From a virus, in the IMG/VR virus record IMGVR_UViG_3300012964_000003, positions 1 to 64,000 of that record: a DNA stretch of 64,000 nt, one strand, 5' to 3'. Made by a program: the position numbers and the translations under genes. Below are positions 63,890 through 64,000 of the stretch, one piece after another (within the stretch, counting starts at the first letter, position 1; each line of letters starts with the position of its first letter). A model generated the notes under the pieces. The model worked only from the letters and a program-made list of their open reading frames with translations, searched no databases and had not been told where the DNA came from.

Positions 63890-64000
63890 GCGTCGAGTGC
63901 CAATATGCAGACCCCGAGGAGTCCAAGGCACAGGGCCTCGCCGTAGCGATGCTCGAAGGCGAAGAGGAGACCGAATCCCCAGATGATCCCAGCGGCGACT
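63868..64000 (-). CDS. membrane protein, partial; 5' end lies beyond the window end
   Basis: Hand translation gives ...VAAGIIWGFGLLFAFEHRYGEALCLGLLGVCILALDAWMRLPS with a stop at 63868-63870. Hydrophobic. Not in the ORF track because it is edge-truncated. Confidence 0.35.
   Translation of the reverse strand, partial: VAAGIIWGFGLLFAFEHRYGEALCLGLLGVCILALDAWMRLPS

Noticed and set aside
1-64000. Integrase, tRNA or attachment-site signals marking prophage boundaries
   Set aside because: No tyrosine- or serine-recombinase motifs, tRNA-like sequences or flanking direct repeats were found by eye. The whole window looks phage-derived.

Overview
This 64-kb, roughly 59% GC window looks like an essentially complete tailed-phage or prophage genome with siphovirus-type organisation. 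Rough position boundaries below are ±1-3 nt.

- **Left arm, 1-21.4 kb, minus strand:** a long early/replication operon.
  - CHC2-zinc-finger primase, truncated by the window start.
  - DUF669-like protein, SPFH/band-7 protein, vWA protein, AAA_24 ATPase.
  - MazG-like pyrophosphohydrolase, PD-(D/E)xK Cas4-like nuclease, SNF2 helicase.
  - ParB-like nuclease, HExxH metallopeptidase-like protein, YkgJ-type Cys-rich protein, GIY-YIG nuclease, and many small Cys-rich or hypothetical proteins.
- **Centre, 21.6-23.7 kb:** about 2 kb of non-coding control region.
  - A GC-rich segment and a terminator-like palindrome that is shared with a locus at 6.3 kb.
  - A G-tract cluster with quadruplex potential.
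  - An array of about 14 short repeats (12-bp core) directly upstream of the small-terminase gene.
- **Right arm, 23.7-52.9 kb, plus strand:** packaging, head, tail and lysis genes.
  - Putative TerS and TerL, portal, MuF-like head-morphogenesis protein, Mu-I-like protease/scaffold, Mu-gpT-like major capsid.
  - Carbohydrate-active proteins and a large tandem-repeat protein sitting between the head and tail modules.
  - Major tail protein with an Ig-like domain, tail-assembly chaperone with a candidate frameshift extension, tape measure with an NlpC/P60 domain.
  - A GH5-containing tail protein, an endolysin combining DPBB and NlpC/P60 domains, and a holin.
- **Far right, 53-64 kb, minus strand:** a glycosylation-type cluster (three GT2 glycosyltransferases, two methyltransferases, an epimerase, an SGNH hydrolase), then an HD hydrolase, a RuvC-like resolvase, a phage-encoded DnaE polymerase and a run of small translationally coupled genes.

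No integrase, tRNA or CRISPR array was recognised.

The most striking signal is a set of 13 conserved elements at 11.0-21.6 kb. They occupy essentially every intergenic gap of the leftward operon (11.0-21.6 kb). On the transcribed minus strand each carries the hammerhead-ribozyme core (CUGAUGA and GAAA), a cleavage triplet and two closed helices arranged in type II topology. In 11 of the 13 copies the stem I loop and the 3' flank co-vary so as to preserve a pseudoknot. This looks like a ribozyme array that would process the polycistronic early transcript.
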